Below, piece after piece: positions 23,701 to 36,945 of a DNA stretch of 64,000 bases (position 1 is the first letter of the stretch; every line of letters starts with the position of its first letter). Source of the DNA: Harriotta raleighana (taxonomy: Eukaryota); assembly GCA_050575255.1 (NCBI GenBank), contig JBNZDD010013717.1, positions 4,480,457 to 4,544,456 of the forward strand. The letters run 5' to 3'. The translations under genes were made by a program, and so were the position numbers. The notes beneath the pieces are model-generated. The model was not told the origin of the DNA and did not search any database. It saw only the letters and a program-made list of their open reading frames with translations.

Positions 23701-26337
23701 AATATGAATTCCTCAGATTACTTAAACAAGCTCAAATAGCTGTCTTTTAAGCAAATAATGTCTTGACTGTACTTGAAAATGTTTCTTCATTTGCAGAAGA
23801 CATTTTGTTGTTAAATGATACATTTTCTACATAGTAAAGATCCGTAGCTTTTATGTCTACTTCCAAAGAGAGCACTGGCTGAGTGAAGAATGCTCCGTTC
23901 ATTCAATTTGTAAAGGTACACTCATCAATTCATAGCTCACGAGCAAGATACACCAGTGGAATAAAATGAACATTCTGCTGTTCTGCATTCTCTCCAATCT
24001 GCCCAAGTTCCAAATGGGTAAAGCATTTGTTTTAATTTGACTTTTTGCTTTGCACATTTCCCACGGGAACTATTGAAAAACAGAGAGCGCATTTTAGTAT
24101 GCCCTGTATATTGTGCAAGATCCCTCCATCAGCCCACACCCAGCAGTCTTGAAGAAACAATGGCTTTGAAATAAATTCAGACAGTAGAAACAGTATTTTC
24201 TTTAATTGAATTATTGTTGTGTCTCTCAATTAACCTCTGGTTATGGCCTCTTATTGGCTTCTCTACTTTGCACATGGCACCCATCCCATTCATATAAAGT
24301 GAAGCTAAGGAAGTATTCTGTGAAATGGCTCTAAAATGTTATGATCTGCAGGTGGCAGATTTAATGGCTTCCAAAAGTTGTCTCAATGGTCTCCATAGAC
24401 CACTTCATCGTCATCCATTCTGTCCATCTTGGTGGTGAGTGGAGCTGTTCTTTGTCAGTCAGATATTAACTGGGAGGAATTTCCTTCATTGTGATAATAA
24501 CACAGATGCTAATTATCAAACTGAAGGTGGTTTTCTCACCGTTACATGGGGTTGAAATATGTTTGTCAGAAAAACAGCAACCTAGCTCTTTTGTTTGTAA
24601 ATCATAAAACACCTCCTCCAAGAAGCCTAAGCACATAATCTCAACATGGTCCTCAGGTTGGACCCAAGGTTTCAGAAGTCATAGTGGTACAGAGCAATTC
24701 CTGTATTGAACTTAACCGATTCTTCCATTAAACAACTTTGAAGAATCTTTAATAAGGCCCAAAATTGCACCTCATCTAAATTGTTAAACCATTTTGCTTT
24801 AGAATGTAAGATTGCACAGAATTGTGGAAAAATCATCAATTCAGTGTGAATTTTGAATGCTTTTTTAAGAGCTGATGTAACAGGCTACCAAATTAATTCT
24901 GAATTGAAGATGATTTAACATTTTAAGGCAAAATAGTTTTACATGCTCAGACAAAAAGAAATTTCTTCCTAATAATATTTTCTCTCCTCTATCCTATATA
25001 AACAGTCTTCCAACTCATTGGTTCACTGGAGATTTACTTCCACTTGAATCAATAGTCTACTTTTCCTCTTTCAGATGCTGATAGTCTCATTTACATTTCC
25101 AACATTTCTTAAACTCATTATATTTCAGGGTAATGAGGAAAGGTGGTGTCCAAGGAGATGGGATTTTTTTTGCCTCCCGAACAGAAAAGATCAGAATAAT
25201 ATTTGAAGCAACTGTTTAAGTTGCTTTAATTAAGAAAATGTCAACACCATCAGAATTTATCGTACCCAACTGCATAAACTTCTCCTGATGTAAATGGCAC
25301 TGACCAACATTCATCCAGCGATAAATGAACATTCACTTCATGACAGTTTATGGGACATTACTGTGCATTTATTGACTGCCACTTATGCTCACAAACGCTA
25401 CATTGTGCATTCTATGAAGCACCTTGAGATTTTGCAATGATATGCAAAGGCTCTATAACAAACGCCAGGATTAATTATTATTACTATTAATATTGGTGCA
25501 TTTGATTTAACACTTTTATGTCAGGAGGACATGCTCAGTGGATAGGCCTGGCATGTCACTCAAAGAGAGTCACATAAGTTGATTCCATAAATTATTTAAA
25601 GATGCCTATTCAAAAATATTAATGTTTTCCTTTGTATTACATTGGTAAAAATCTATGTATCTTTACCCCTTGTCAAGCTAGAATAATTTCGAATCAATAA
25701 TAACTTTTTACCTCATTGACATACTGTTGTACATTAAGCAACATAGAACTGCTGCAACTCTCTTTTGTTACTCTGAAAATCAATTCCTATCATGCAAACA
25801 GGAAGATTGNCTTGTCAAGCTAGAATAATTTCGAATCAATAATAACTTTTCACCTCATTGACATACTGTTGTACATTAAGCAACATAGAACTGCTGCAAC
25901 TCTCCTCTTTTGTTACTCTGAAAATCAATTCCTATCATGCAAACAGGAAGATTGTAAATCTCATAGATTCTCTCCAAGGCTTTGGCACCCCATGCTGGTA
26001 TACTATATGTACTGCAGTCTAACATGGAATCTTTTCCAGTTCAGTATTTCTCTGGTATAATCGTGAAGTTTCATGTAAGAATAAGAAAAGACCATTTTAA
26101 CCCTGTAAAACAATGGTATAAAAAGCCATAGTCAGCACTTATATTGGGGTTTTGTGGGGCTATTTTGGAATGGTCGCTGATTAATGAGGCAGCATCAATT
26201 TAAGATCATCTTGAAAAAACAAAGAAGTGGATTGCAGATTTCTTTACCTGAGAGTTATTAGAATATGGGTAATGTGTTATAAAATGCAGCTGGATTTATA
26301 ATCGAATTTAAAGGGCATTTAGACAAATATTTGAAAA

Positions 26338-26778
26338 CAACAAATTTGATTTATATAGCGCCCTCCACCCCTGGCGGTGTCTCAGAGCGCTTCACAATAA
26401 CGGATCCTGGGGCTGAGTCAGGGGCAGGGGAAAAAGGTGACCAAAGGTGCGGTCAAAAAGAAAGGTCTTTAGCCGAGACTTGAAACTAGGAAGGAAGGGG
26501 GCGAGGCAAAGGGAGTGAGGAAGGGAATTCCAGAGCTTCGGGGCGTAGTGGCTGAAGGCACGGCCGCTGATAGTGGAGCAGAGGAGACAAGGGGGACAAG
26601 GAGGAGACCAGAATCGGAAGAACGAAGACAATGTATGCTGTTTTGAGGAGAGAGGAGGTCAGAGAGGTAGTGGGGGTGCAGAGGAGTGGAGAGATTTGAA
26701 GACAAGAGTGATGATCTTGATAGGGAGCCAGTGAAGTCTGGCAAGGCCTGGGGTAATGGGGGAGCAAAGTTTGGTGGA
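26338..26778 (-). mobile_element. L2 3' fragment
   Basis: PITPGLARLHWLP, SGRAFSHYAPKLWNSLP, FKSRLKTFLF and the family tail. Confidence 0.88.
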
Positions 26779-28280
26779 GGGAAATATATAAAGGTGTATT
26801 GGGGAAAATAACAGGAGAGTGACACAAGGTATGATGGGATGATTAGCCATCTTCTGTGCTGTAAATTTCTCCTAGATCCAGAAACTGAAAGATTCATTAT
26901 CAACACACAGTGATCACTAATGAGCTATTGTACATATCCTAATATCCCCTGAAGCAGGGGAGGTATGTATAATGTGCGAACACTGAAGGGGTTCGACTTA
27001 TAAAATGTTTGCACTTATACAGTAAATTGGTAAGATTTGCTATGTATTTTCAGTCATGTAGATGTAAAATGCTTAAGGCTTGTGAGAAAGAACAATGTTT
27101 CTGATGCCAAACCTCTTGCATGTGGTCCATTTCTGCCTGCATGTCTCATCAAAGCAATACTTCCCTGTGAAGCACAGTTTTTGAGAATGTTAACACCGTT
27201 GGAAATTTAAGGAAAAATGTAAACTCTGCCAATTTAGAATAACAACCCCCAAAGTCACAATAATCAATTGACAGCCAAAAAAATAAAATTAGTTATTGAT
27301 GCAATATCATTCCATCGTTCTTCCTATTCTTAGCAACTTCTCCAAGGAGTGATTGTTGTTGACATTTGATGACAGGGAACACATCCTGAATTCCAATCTC
27401 CACGGATGATTACTACTCAGGGATACTTTCAGCAATAAAAAGGGGAAAGATTCCAACTCGGTCCAGATTCTATACTCTTTATGTGGTACATGTATTTTAA
27501 AGTGTCCAGAATTCTGCAAATTGTTTCATTTAGTTTTTGAAGCTTGTAGTTCTCAAAAGAAACTTGCAGTAAACCAGCTTCAAAACTAAGCCTGTATTTA
27601 AAAATTTACCAAATTCTGGACAATCTGAAATGCTACGTAAATAGGTGAATATGCACTGAGGTAATATTTCTTCAAAATAGGGGGTGTGGACTTGCGAATT
27701 AATCAAATTACAGAAATATATTTCAGGAACATTAATTGCTGATGGGTTTCTATGAAACACACATGGGTCATGTTTCACATAGAAATTGTCTGGAGTTAAA
27801 TGCGACTTGTTAGAAAATCATTCTGACAGTATTACTTGTTACAAATGCAGTTACTCCACTGTTTAACTTATTTTCATTTATATTCAATTTCCCTCATATC
27901 TCATAAAATGTTGATACAGTACATCTTTCATTTCTCTTCTCCTGGCAAAGTGTCCTAGAGATGGTCCAACAAATCAAGAACATTCATTGCAGTGTAAGTG
28001 TGTCTTAGGATCACTATTGCAATCATACAACAGGGCGGGCATTCATCACACAGCACAAAAACATGTTTAAATCCTATATGCTACCTACAATTCATTGGCC
28101 ATTATGTTGCAAGAAAAGGCTGCTGTTACATATGTTTTAGTAGCAAACAATGATAGCTGTAGTGAATAAGAAATACTGGTTACTGTTTAATTCAATTGAA
28201 TTAAAAAATAACAAGTTGATATTCTAACAAAAACTCGTGTATTGACCAGACATTGGGAATTCATTTAATGGCAAGTACTA

Positions 28281-28982
28281 CTGGAACTCCTCGCTATACA
28301 TCGTTCTGACATACATTGTTTCGATTACACGTTGTTGATGAATAAATAAAGACAGAAAAAAATTAGAAAATTGGATTAATTGAAGAGTTATTAGCTGATT
28401 ACATTTTATATTTGTTGTATAGTAAATATGTAAATATGATAATAAATACAATTAAGAGAACACTTACTGGAGGTGGTTGATGTGGTAGGTGGGCGGGAGG
28501 GGGGGGGGTGTCATTCAGATGAAGGGGCCCCTCCTGAATCATGCCGCATCACCAAACAGCTGATCGCTGCCACGTGTTTGCTCCTTCGTACATTTCGACA
28601 ACTTTAGAAAAAAAATTACGGAAGGCGCAAACACATGCTGGCGATCAGCTGTTTGATGTCACGGCGGCAGGATGGAGGCCTCTCTAGTAATCCTGCCCCT
28701 TCATCTGAATGACCCCGTCCTCTCTCTGGCATTTTTCTACACTCCAGAGGTTTGGCAACACTATGTGGACTCCATGCAGGATGTCTGACATCTGAACACA
28801 TATGAGCCAATACCTGGATCACATTGAAGGTCGAGATGGGAAGTTCTTAGGAACAGAGGCTGAGGTTTGATGGGGACAGGATGAGGGAGATGTTGTTAGA
28901 TAATGTGGAGCTCACACAGTGGGCTGAGGATAGAGTTGGTGAACACGGAATGCAGGAACATATACATTGAGGTTATCCACTG
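28281..28982. mobile_element. Degraded Tigger-like non-autonomous element with an internal palindrome
   Basis: TA-flanked degenerate termini (CTGGAACTCCTCGCTATAC and reverse-complement CAGTGGATAACCTCAATGTATA). Internal inverted repeat at 28510-28713. Confidence 0.5.
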
Positions 28983-29334
28983 TAGTAGGCATTCTAAAAT
29001 GAGGTTTAATCATTTCTGTTACAATAGTTTGAGCTGAGATCAGAGAGTGAATTTGTTTGGACTTGGGGAATGTAGTGTAGCTCTGTGAAGCTTGGTTGAG
29101 TTCATTTACCCAGAGATGGTGCCTGCAAAGGGTCAGTCAGTCAGTTAGTTGGCTCCACCCCTGGCTGTGGACCCTAGTGTGCGGAGCCGAGGCGGAGCAG
29201 AGGACCCGAGTGTGTTGAGCTGAGTGTGAAGCAGGAGGGAGGGTGGGGGTGGCGGCAAAGAATACGTTGCTAAGTTTGGTGGATGCCGCTATTCAAAGTT
29301 TGGAAGTCACTGTCTTAGAGGATGATTTGATTAT

Positions 29335-29475
29335 CATGGAATCATAGAATTATACAGCACAGATGGAGGCCATTCGGTCCATTGTGTCTCTGCTGGCTCT
29401 TTAAAAAGAGCTGTCAAAATCAATCCAACTCCCCCCGCTTGCTCTCTGTAGCCCTGCAAACCTATCCTCCTGAAA
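29335..29475 (-). mobile_element. CR1-type LINE 3' end
   Basis: atcatggaatcatagaattatacagcacagatggaggccattcgg... Confidence 0.7.
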
Positions 29476-29590
29476 TAATGATCGACTTTGGCTCTTCAGA
29501 ATCTGAAAAGACCTGGATGGGAGGATTGCAGTGAAGATTTCCAACCTTTCAGGGAGGAGTAAACTGTGGTAAAACCATGTAGATTGGTGG

Positions 29591-29920
29591 AACAACAACA
29601 ATAACAATAACAACAAAATTAAACTTGTATAGCGCCTTTCAAGTCAGGAGAATATCCCAAGGCACTGGACATTAATTTTTTCAGACCTGAGCTGGGGTCG
29701 GGGAGGATGTATGGAAAGGGGGAATTTGGGGTGACCATCGAAGAGGAGGGTCTTGAGGCGGGCCTTGAAATAGGCTAGGGAGCCTGCTGAGCGGAGGCAG
29801 TAGGCAGGTTGGTAGGGGGTCAGGAGATTGCAGAGATAGGGTGAGGCCATGGAGGGTTTTGAAGGTGAGGACCAGGATCTTGAATTGGATGCTCTCTGTG
29901 ATGGGGAGCCAATGGAGTCG
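29591..29920 (-). mobile_element. L2 3' fragment
   Basis: (AAC)n tail plus PYLCNLLTPYQP...FKARLKTLLF. Confidence 0.8.
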
Positions 29921-30087
29921 AATTAGAACTATAAAGCTTTATTTAAGTGAGATTTTACACCTGCTGATAGAATTTTTGTCATATATTTGACAAAACGTGA
30001 CTTGAATAAGTTTACAAATCTTACTATAATAGAAAATATCATGACGCAGTACAGATGTTTCTGTATAATTTTGATCTGCAATACAAT

Positions 30088-30392
30088 ATAATAATAATAA
30101 TCCTTGAATTTTATGTGTTGCTTTTCACTTCTTCTAGATGTCTCACAGCGCTTCACAGAATCCTGTAAAATGAATTGACTGTATATTTGTGGGTGAAATG
30201 CGGCAGCCAATTGCGCACAACAGTGTCCCTCAAACAGTCGTGGATTGAAATGGCCAATTTAGTATTTTTTTGAGCAATTATTATCAGACGTGTGGAGTAA
30301 GGAAACTTGCCCAAGGTTTCACTCTGCCTGGAATCAAACCCAGGTCTCTCACATGCAAGGCCAGTGCTCTAACCACTGAACTACAGGACTCC
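30088..30392 (-). mobile_element. Full-length tRNA-derived SINE
   Basis: Reverse complement of the family consensus. Confidence 0.88.
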
Positions 30393-31539
30393 ACAATATG
30401 TCCAGCAAACAGTTCTGTTGTCTTTTTATGTGAATATTGATCTGAATACACATTTCAAAAAAGCAAAGAATGCAATATTTATATGGAGGAGTAAATTCAC
30501 AAGTGTAACCACATGAACATATTATTAATAGCAGGAGGTATAAAATCAAACAACAGCATCTGTTGCAGAAAGTGTCAGAGTTTCACAAAGGCAAGAGACT
30601 AGGCAACATGATGCAGGAGTTACATCTGTACAAGAAATGGGAATAGAAAATAGGAAGGTTTAGATAAAATCATCTAGTTAAAGCATCTCCGTCAAATAAA
30701 ACTTGCATAAGGAAGTATACTTGTTAATATACATCAGGATGAAATTCCAGAGAAGTCCACAGATATTTTTGTTTCTCTGGGCTGACTAGATTACTCCACA
30801 ATTCAGTGCACACATTGTGATATTGAAACAAAAACTAATATTCCAATAACAAATCTCCTCAAATATTTGCATGGTTTTATTACAGCAATACTAGCCCCAA
30901 CACACCAAGCAAAATCTAAAAATAGATCTGAAATAAAATGAAATCATTAACTCTTTGCTTTGCCTTTTCTAATCTCTTTTTCTACACATTTTAAAATTAA
31001 AAACCCACTACAATTAAAAATTTAAATTACAATTTAAAACATGCGTTTCTGTGTCTGTGGTTTAGCTCCGAGGAGACAGAAAAGCTTTGTAAAAATGGCA
31101 AGATATATTTTTTAGCCAATTGTATTTTAATCAAGATTGTGAAGGTGATAGACAGAACCAGGTTATTCTTTGTTGCGATTTTAATAGTAATTTTTGCGTT
31201 TGATAGTGCCTATCAATTTGAAATGTCTCAAAATATTATGCAGGAAATTGCTGCAAATGTAATGACTATATTTTAGGCAAATAGGGCAATCAATTTGTCC
31301 TACAAATATCTATGAAGTTAATGACAACATTTTCCTGAGGATAAAAATATCTATTTACTGTTAGCTAATTGCATAATATCTTCATATAACTATGTACCTC
31401 CTGTAGCTCAGCGGTTCTCCCACAAAATATACAGTCAATTCACTTGACAGTATATTCTTGAAGTGATTTGAGACGTCGATAAGACATAAAAAGCGCTATA
31501 TCAAATGCAAAGATTATTATTATCATTTTGTATTGCTTG

Positions 31540-32240
31540 TGTCCTCTCCTTCATCAGGCTCCATGACCCCATCACCATGGCAGGCTCCACTGGTTCCCCA
31601 TCCCTCGGAGGATAGAATTCAAAATCCTCGTCCTCACTTTTTAAGCCCTCCACGGCTTGCTGATCTGCTGACCCCCTATCATCCTGTCCACTACTTCCAT
31701 TCAGTAGGCTCCGGCCTGCTCCATGTCTCCTGCCTGACCAGCCCTACAATCAGCAGCTGGGCTTTCGGCCTCTCTGTAGCGGACTCCATCCAACAATCAT
31801 TTGCCTTGCTCCATGTCTTCAGCTGCTCTCCTACCTCCCTGCCCTCCCTCATCCCAGCCCTGCCCCCCATGCTTGGTTCCTGATCCCTGACTGTTCAGTG
31901 CCTTAGGACGTCCTCGCAAAGTGAATAGAGCTTTACAAATGTAGGTTTGTTGTTTTTGTTGTTGTTTTTTTCCCCTTGAATCTTAAAAAAATCTATGTAG
32001 ACATTTTCCCCCACAGGACAGCCTCTCTGTACCCTTCGCCTTGCTCCTTCCCTTACTTCCTTCAAGAAATGTCTCAAGATCCACCTCTTCGACCTTCAGC
32101 CTTCAGCTACCCCTACCCTCCCTGCTCTACACTCGCTCCTGATCCCAACCCCTTGCTCAGGTCAAAATCTCTGACGGATCAGTGCCTTGGGCATGATCAT
32201 GACATGAAAGGCACTATACAAATGTAATTATTGTTGTTAT
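31540..32240 (+). mobile_element. Two tandem L2 3' fragments (31540-31965 and 32020-32240)
   Basis: L2 C-terminal-like sequence, each piece ending cagtgcctt...acaaatgta...gttgtt. Confidence 0.75.
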
Positions 32241-32989
32241 TCAAAGTCCCAATGTGTGGCTTCAAACTATAACCTCCTGACTCAGAGGCAAGCATGATAC
32301 AAACTGAGCAAAACTGATGCTACCTTATATGGAGCTACACGGAGATGGATTTTTCAACAAAGTGTTCTTACATGAGCCTTCCATGTACTATTTGGCAATG
32401 CGTTATATTTGGTGGGCACTACATTCCATCTCTTTCTCCTCCTCTTCCTCATTCTCCCGTCTCCCGAGCTGGCATGGTGGCCTTGGAGTTAAATTTAAAA
32501 CATTGGAGGTGAACAGTGGGTCAATTGATGCAATAATTACACTGCTGATATTTGCCTATTGTCAGAAATGTTGCTCCTGTTATCTGCCTGCAAGTGAGCA
32601 ACTCTTCTCATCCATGATTTCGTAAGACTAAGCCTGGTGGTGTGTTGAACTTTCCATTCTCTGAGCCACGATTTTTGAATGCCAGTTCATGGGATACTGG
32701 AACACTACCCTGCATCAGTGGTACTATATGAGTCCAAGTTGTTGTTAACTGAACAAAATATCTGAGTGAAGCCACTCGTTTGTGGGTCGGCAAGCCGGAC
32801 GCTGGCCACAGGTGATTCTGCGCTCAAACAGTGTGATAACCCCACCAGTGTGGAATGTTTTGTACTGATTAATGAATATTTCTCAAAATTTAACCCAATG
32901 TAACAGTTTGAGGCAAGTGTAGACACTAATTTCCCACACAACATAAACTCACTTCATTTTCAATCATCAATTGAAAATGATTCAACATA

Positions 32990-33260
32990 ATAATCCTTAA
33001 TACATTTTTCTTTTGATATAGCACTTTTCACGTTTTCTAAATGTTTCAAAGCGCTTCACAGACTATACTCTAAAGTAAATTGACTGTGGGTGGGGTAGTT
33101 TGAGCAAAGCAGTGTCCCACACATAGTTGTGGATTGAAATGACTAATTTTTTTATCTTGAGGGATTATTTTCAAGTGTGTGGAGTAAGGAAACGTGCCCA
33201 AAGTTTCGCCCTGATGGGAATTGGACCTGGATTTCTATCTTCCGATGCGAGTGCTCTAAT
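32990..33260 (-). mobile_element. tRNA-derived SINE
   Basis: Reverse complement of the family consensus, head degraded. Confidence 0.8.
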
Positions 33261-33289
33261 CGTAAGTTTTAAACGGTATAAATGATTTA

Positions 33290-33660
33290 AAACTCTGTAT
33301 CCTGCATCCTCGAGGCTCCACACCCCCATCAATCCAGCTCTTGTTATGCTTCATTGGCATCCTGTTGTGGAACAGATTGATTTTAAGATCCACACTCTCA
33401 CTTTCAAATATCTTATTCCCTGGCACCTCCCTACCTCTTGGATCTGTTCACAGCTATTCCTCTGCCCACTGCCTTTGCTCAGTTGATACAGGTGTCCTGC
33501 ACATCCCTATAGTTTGCGGCTGTGTTTTCAGCCAATACATCGCAAATCTCTGGAACTCCTTGCCGGATTCCCTCATTCTTGCCCCCCTCTTTCCCCATCT
33601 TCAAATCACGCCTGATAACTTTCTTCTTCAACTGTGCCTTCAGTCACCTGCCTCTGTCCC
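33290..33660 (+). mobile_element. Old L2 3' fragment
   Basis: VFSQYIANLWNSLP and FKSRLITFFF motifs. Confidence 0.7.
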
Positions 33661-35029
33661 AACTTTCTGGCTTGGAAGAAAGCCATGGCATTGTTCAACA
33701 CTCCAAGATACAAATTGTATATGCAGTATGTCTATTTGTGAATCTCCTCATTGATGCATTCAACAGAAGATAGCATGTTTCGATTATAGGCAAGCACTGA
33801 CAGAGGCTGATAAATTGACAGATAACAGAAATGATAACTCCCAAGGCATCACCTGACATCATTACATTTATTACTACAGCAAAATAATGTTGCAATCATC
33901 AATAACAGCATTGAATGTACTGAGTTTATTAGACATGAGATAAATAGGACATGGCAGCGCCAGCAATGGAATATGATGCATATCTTGAGAAGTGAGTCTG
34001 AATGAATAAATCAGGGAGGATAAAGTCAAGGGTGAGTTATAGTTGACCACAAGTGGAGCCATTTATCATATCATGCTGCAGGCCAGGACTAGTTTGTAAT
34101 GCTGCTGTCAACTAGAAATCAATCTTAATCTATTTTTGCGTAGTTTCTAATCAAGAGAATCAGTGGGAGAAGCTTTGCGATTTCCTGGTTTAGAATAACC
34201 ATTTCTGGCTTGAGATAACAACACCAGATGAATCTGACTCTAACAGGTCTTTCTCCAACATCCTTGAAATATGGAAAATTTCTGCTAAACACTAAAGTGT
34301 TCCCTTAGCAACTGTCCTGCAATCAGTGTGTGTGTGTGTGTGTGTTTGTGTGTGTGAAAGAAAGCATGTTGAAGCAGTACTTCTCTCGTACTTGCAACCA
34401 TGACAACTGCAGAATCAATGATTTCTTCCCTGCTTTGAGGTGAATCTTACATCTGCCATGACATTGGTAGATTCTTTCCTATTTTGGGGCTGGGTTTATT
34501 CTGCTCCTTTTGACATCAATCATATTGGATGCACCACAAGGAGCTGTTTTTGACAGCGCATTAATGTACACCTAAACAGTATGAATGTGATGGATAAGGA
34601 TTGATTCCGCTCTGTTCAGAAATGTTCCCTTAGTGCATGCGACCGGCATTGAGAAACCAACATCTCTCTGCAGAATTCTACACGTGTGATGTACTTAGTT
34701 GCACCTAAGAATAACTCTCCTCTGCACCTCTCCAATGCAATTAGAGCAGAGAGCAAAACTCAGTCTTCTTGCTCCTATTCCCTTTTTTGCTGGAAGCAAT
34801 AGGACTTTGCCTCCAGGAATATTAACTAGGCTTTGATGTGTGTTAAATGTGCCACGTATTTACCATTTATTACCTTCTGCAATGTTTTAAGTTATAAAAG
34901 GTGGTCTGTCTATCTGTCATTTGTCTTTATGTCCACAGCTCAAAACTACCTCAGTATGATGGGATTCCTAATGTAACACCTACAATTCTCACCTTTGCTT
35001 TGCTGATCGAACAATAGCACTTTTCCTCA

Positions 35030-36175
35030 AGGGTCAATGTGGGCTGCTGAACGCACATGACTCAAATCTGGCCTAATGGTCCACCGGCATACAAGAAACA
35101 ACCAAATGACACTTATAGATCGCCTTTCAAGACTATACCTGGCTGGAGCACATCAAAACATACGGCTCTGCTCTCACCTCTGTTAAATCATCCTTCTAAT
35201 CCAAGATAATCCTGGAGGTGGTGAAGCCGCACACTCCCATTCTCTGCAACCAACTGACTACTCCATCCACCCATTCCCCCTCACCACACCTCGCCTAAAC
35301 TCTCCTTAAAATTCTGACTGTGAGGAGATGCTTGATTTCTTTGAGTCCAAAATCAAGGGAATCCATTCAACTGCCTCTGCCTTCCCAACCACAACTCCAC
35401 CCCAATTTCCCCCCACCCTCCACACTCCAAATCCTACCCATCCCTCCTTCCACATTTTCGAACCTCTCTCTCCTTCTCCTCGCTTGCCTCCCTACTCCCC
35501 AACACCAGCAATCTCTCTCTGTCATCTGACTCCCATCCCATACCCCTCAAAGCAGCTACAATTACCCCTATCCTGAGTAAACCTTCCCTGGACGGATTCC
35601 TGCTTTCCAGCTTTTGGCTCATCTCCAACCTTCTTTTTCTCTCTAAGGTCTTTAAAATAGTTACAAAACACAAAATACTACAGATGCTGGAAATCTGAAA
35701 TGAAAACAGAAGTTGCTGGGAAAACGGGTCGTTTCTGATGAAGGGTCGTGGACCCGAAATGTTGACTCATTTTCCTTTCTCTATGGATGCTGCCTGACCT
35801 GTTCAGTTTACCCTGCAACTTCTATTTTTCTTTAAAAGAGTTGTTGCTTCCCAACTCTGCTCTTTCTTCCCATTCCCTTCACGAGCCCCTCAAATCGGGT
35901 TTCCATGCCACTCACAGCACAAAATCTGCTCTGGTCAAGGTCACAAACGACATCCTGTTCAACTGTGACCAGGGATCAATTCTGCCTCTGTGTCCTCCTC
36001 GACCTTTCTGCTGATTTCGATACTGTGTACCACTCAATCCTCTTCCACTGTCTCTCCTCACACATCAACCTTCAAGATATTGTCCTTGACTGGTTCAGGC
36101 CTTATCACTCAAATCATCTCCAATTTGTCTCCACTATGGTTTCTTTTCCAGCCCTCACACCATCTATTGCATGAA
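35030..36175 (+). mobile_element. Degraded internal L2 ORF2 fragment
   Basis: CEEMLDFFESKIKGI, SGFHATHSTKSALVKVTND, LLDLSADFDTVYHSIL, VLDWF. Confidence 0.82.
35663..35828 (+). mobile_element. Short Penelope-like (pLTR-derived) element with hammerhead core, copy 1
   Basis: 14-bp TSD tctttaaaatagtt/tctttaaaagagtt. Contains CTGATGA-A-GGGTC-GTG-GACCC-GAAA at 35735-35759. The 5' arm is an inverted copy of the element 3' end. Confidence 0.7.
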
Positions 36176-36339
36176 TAGAAGATGTGAAAAGCGCTAATCA
36201 AATGTAAAGATTATTACTATTGTAGCAAGTTACCTTATTGAACTGCAGAAATAACCAGAGTCTGGCAAGACCTTCGGCTCATATTTTATCTACAATTAAA
36301 TCAGGGCATTATTGGCTTCAGCACTACTGAATGCAATGC

Positions 36340-36945
36340 AACAACAACAACGATTTATTTCACGCCATGCCGGATGGCGTCTCAGAGCGCTTCACAATAA
36401 CGAATCCTGGGCCCAAGCCAGGATCAGGGAGAGAAAGGTGACCAAAGGAGTGGTCAAAGAGAAAGGTCTTTAGCTGAACCTGAAACTGGGAAGAGAAGAG
36501 GAAAGGCGAATGGAGTGAGGAAGGGAGTTCCAGAGCCTCGGGGCATTGTGGCTGAAGGCATGTCCGTCGATGGTGGAGGGAAGGATTCGGGGGACAGGGA
36601 GGAGGCCAGACCCAGTGGAGCAAAGGCAATGGGTGCTGGTTTGAGGAGAGAGGAGGTCGAAGAGGTAGGGGTTACAGAGGAACGGAAGGATTTGAAAACA
36701 AGGGTGAGGATCTTGAAATTGATCCTTTCTGGGACAGGGAGCCAGTGAAGTCTGGCAAGGACTGGGGTAATGGGGGAGCGAAGTTTGGTGTGGGTGAGAA
36801 TGTGGGCGGCAGAGTTTTGAATGAGTTAGATTTTATCGATTATGGTAGAGGGGAGACCGGAGAAGAGGGCATTGGAATAGTCCAGCCGAGAGGTGACAAA
36901 GGCATGGACCAAGGACCAGGGTGACAAAGGCATGGACCAGACCAA
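36340..36945 (-). mobile_element. L2 3' fragment
   Basis: Reverse strand encodes VHAFVTSRLDYSNALFSGLPS...QNSAAHILTHTK...LHWLP, followed by the family tail. Confidence 0.9.

Noticed and set aside
25669-25954. About 141-bp tandem duplication
   Set aside because: Joined at N 25810, differing by a SNP and a 3-bp indel; probably two alleles at a gap.
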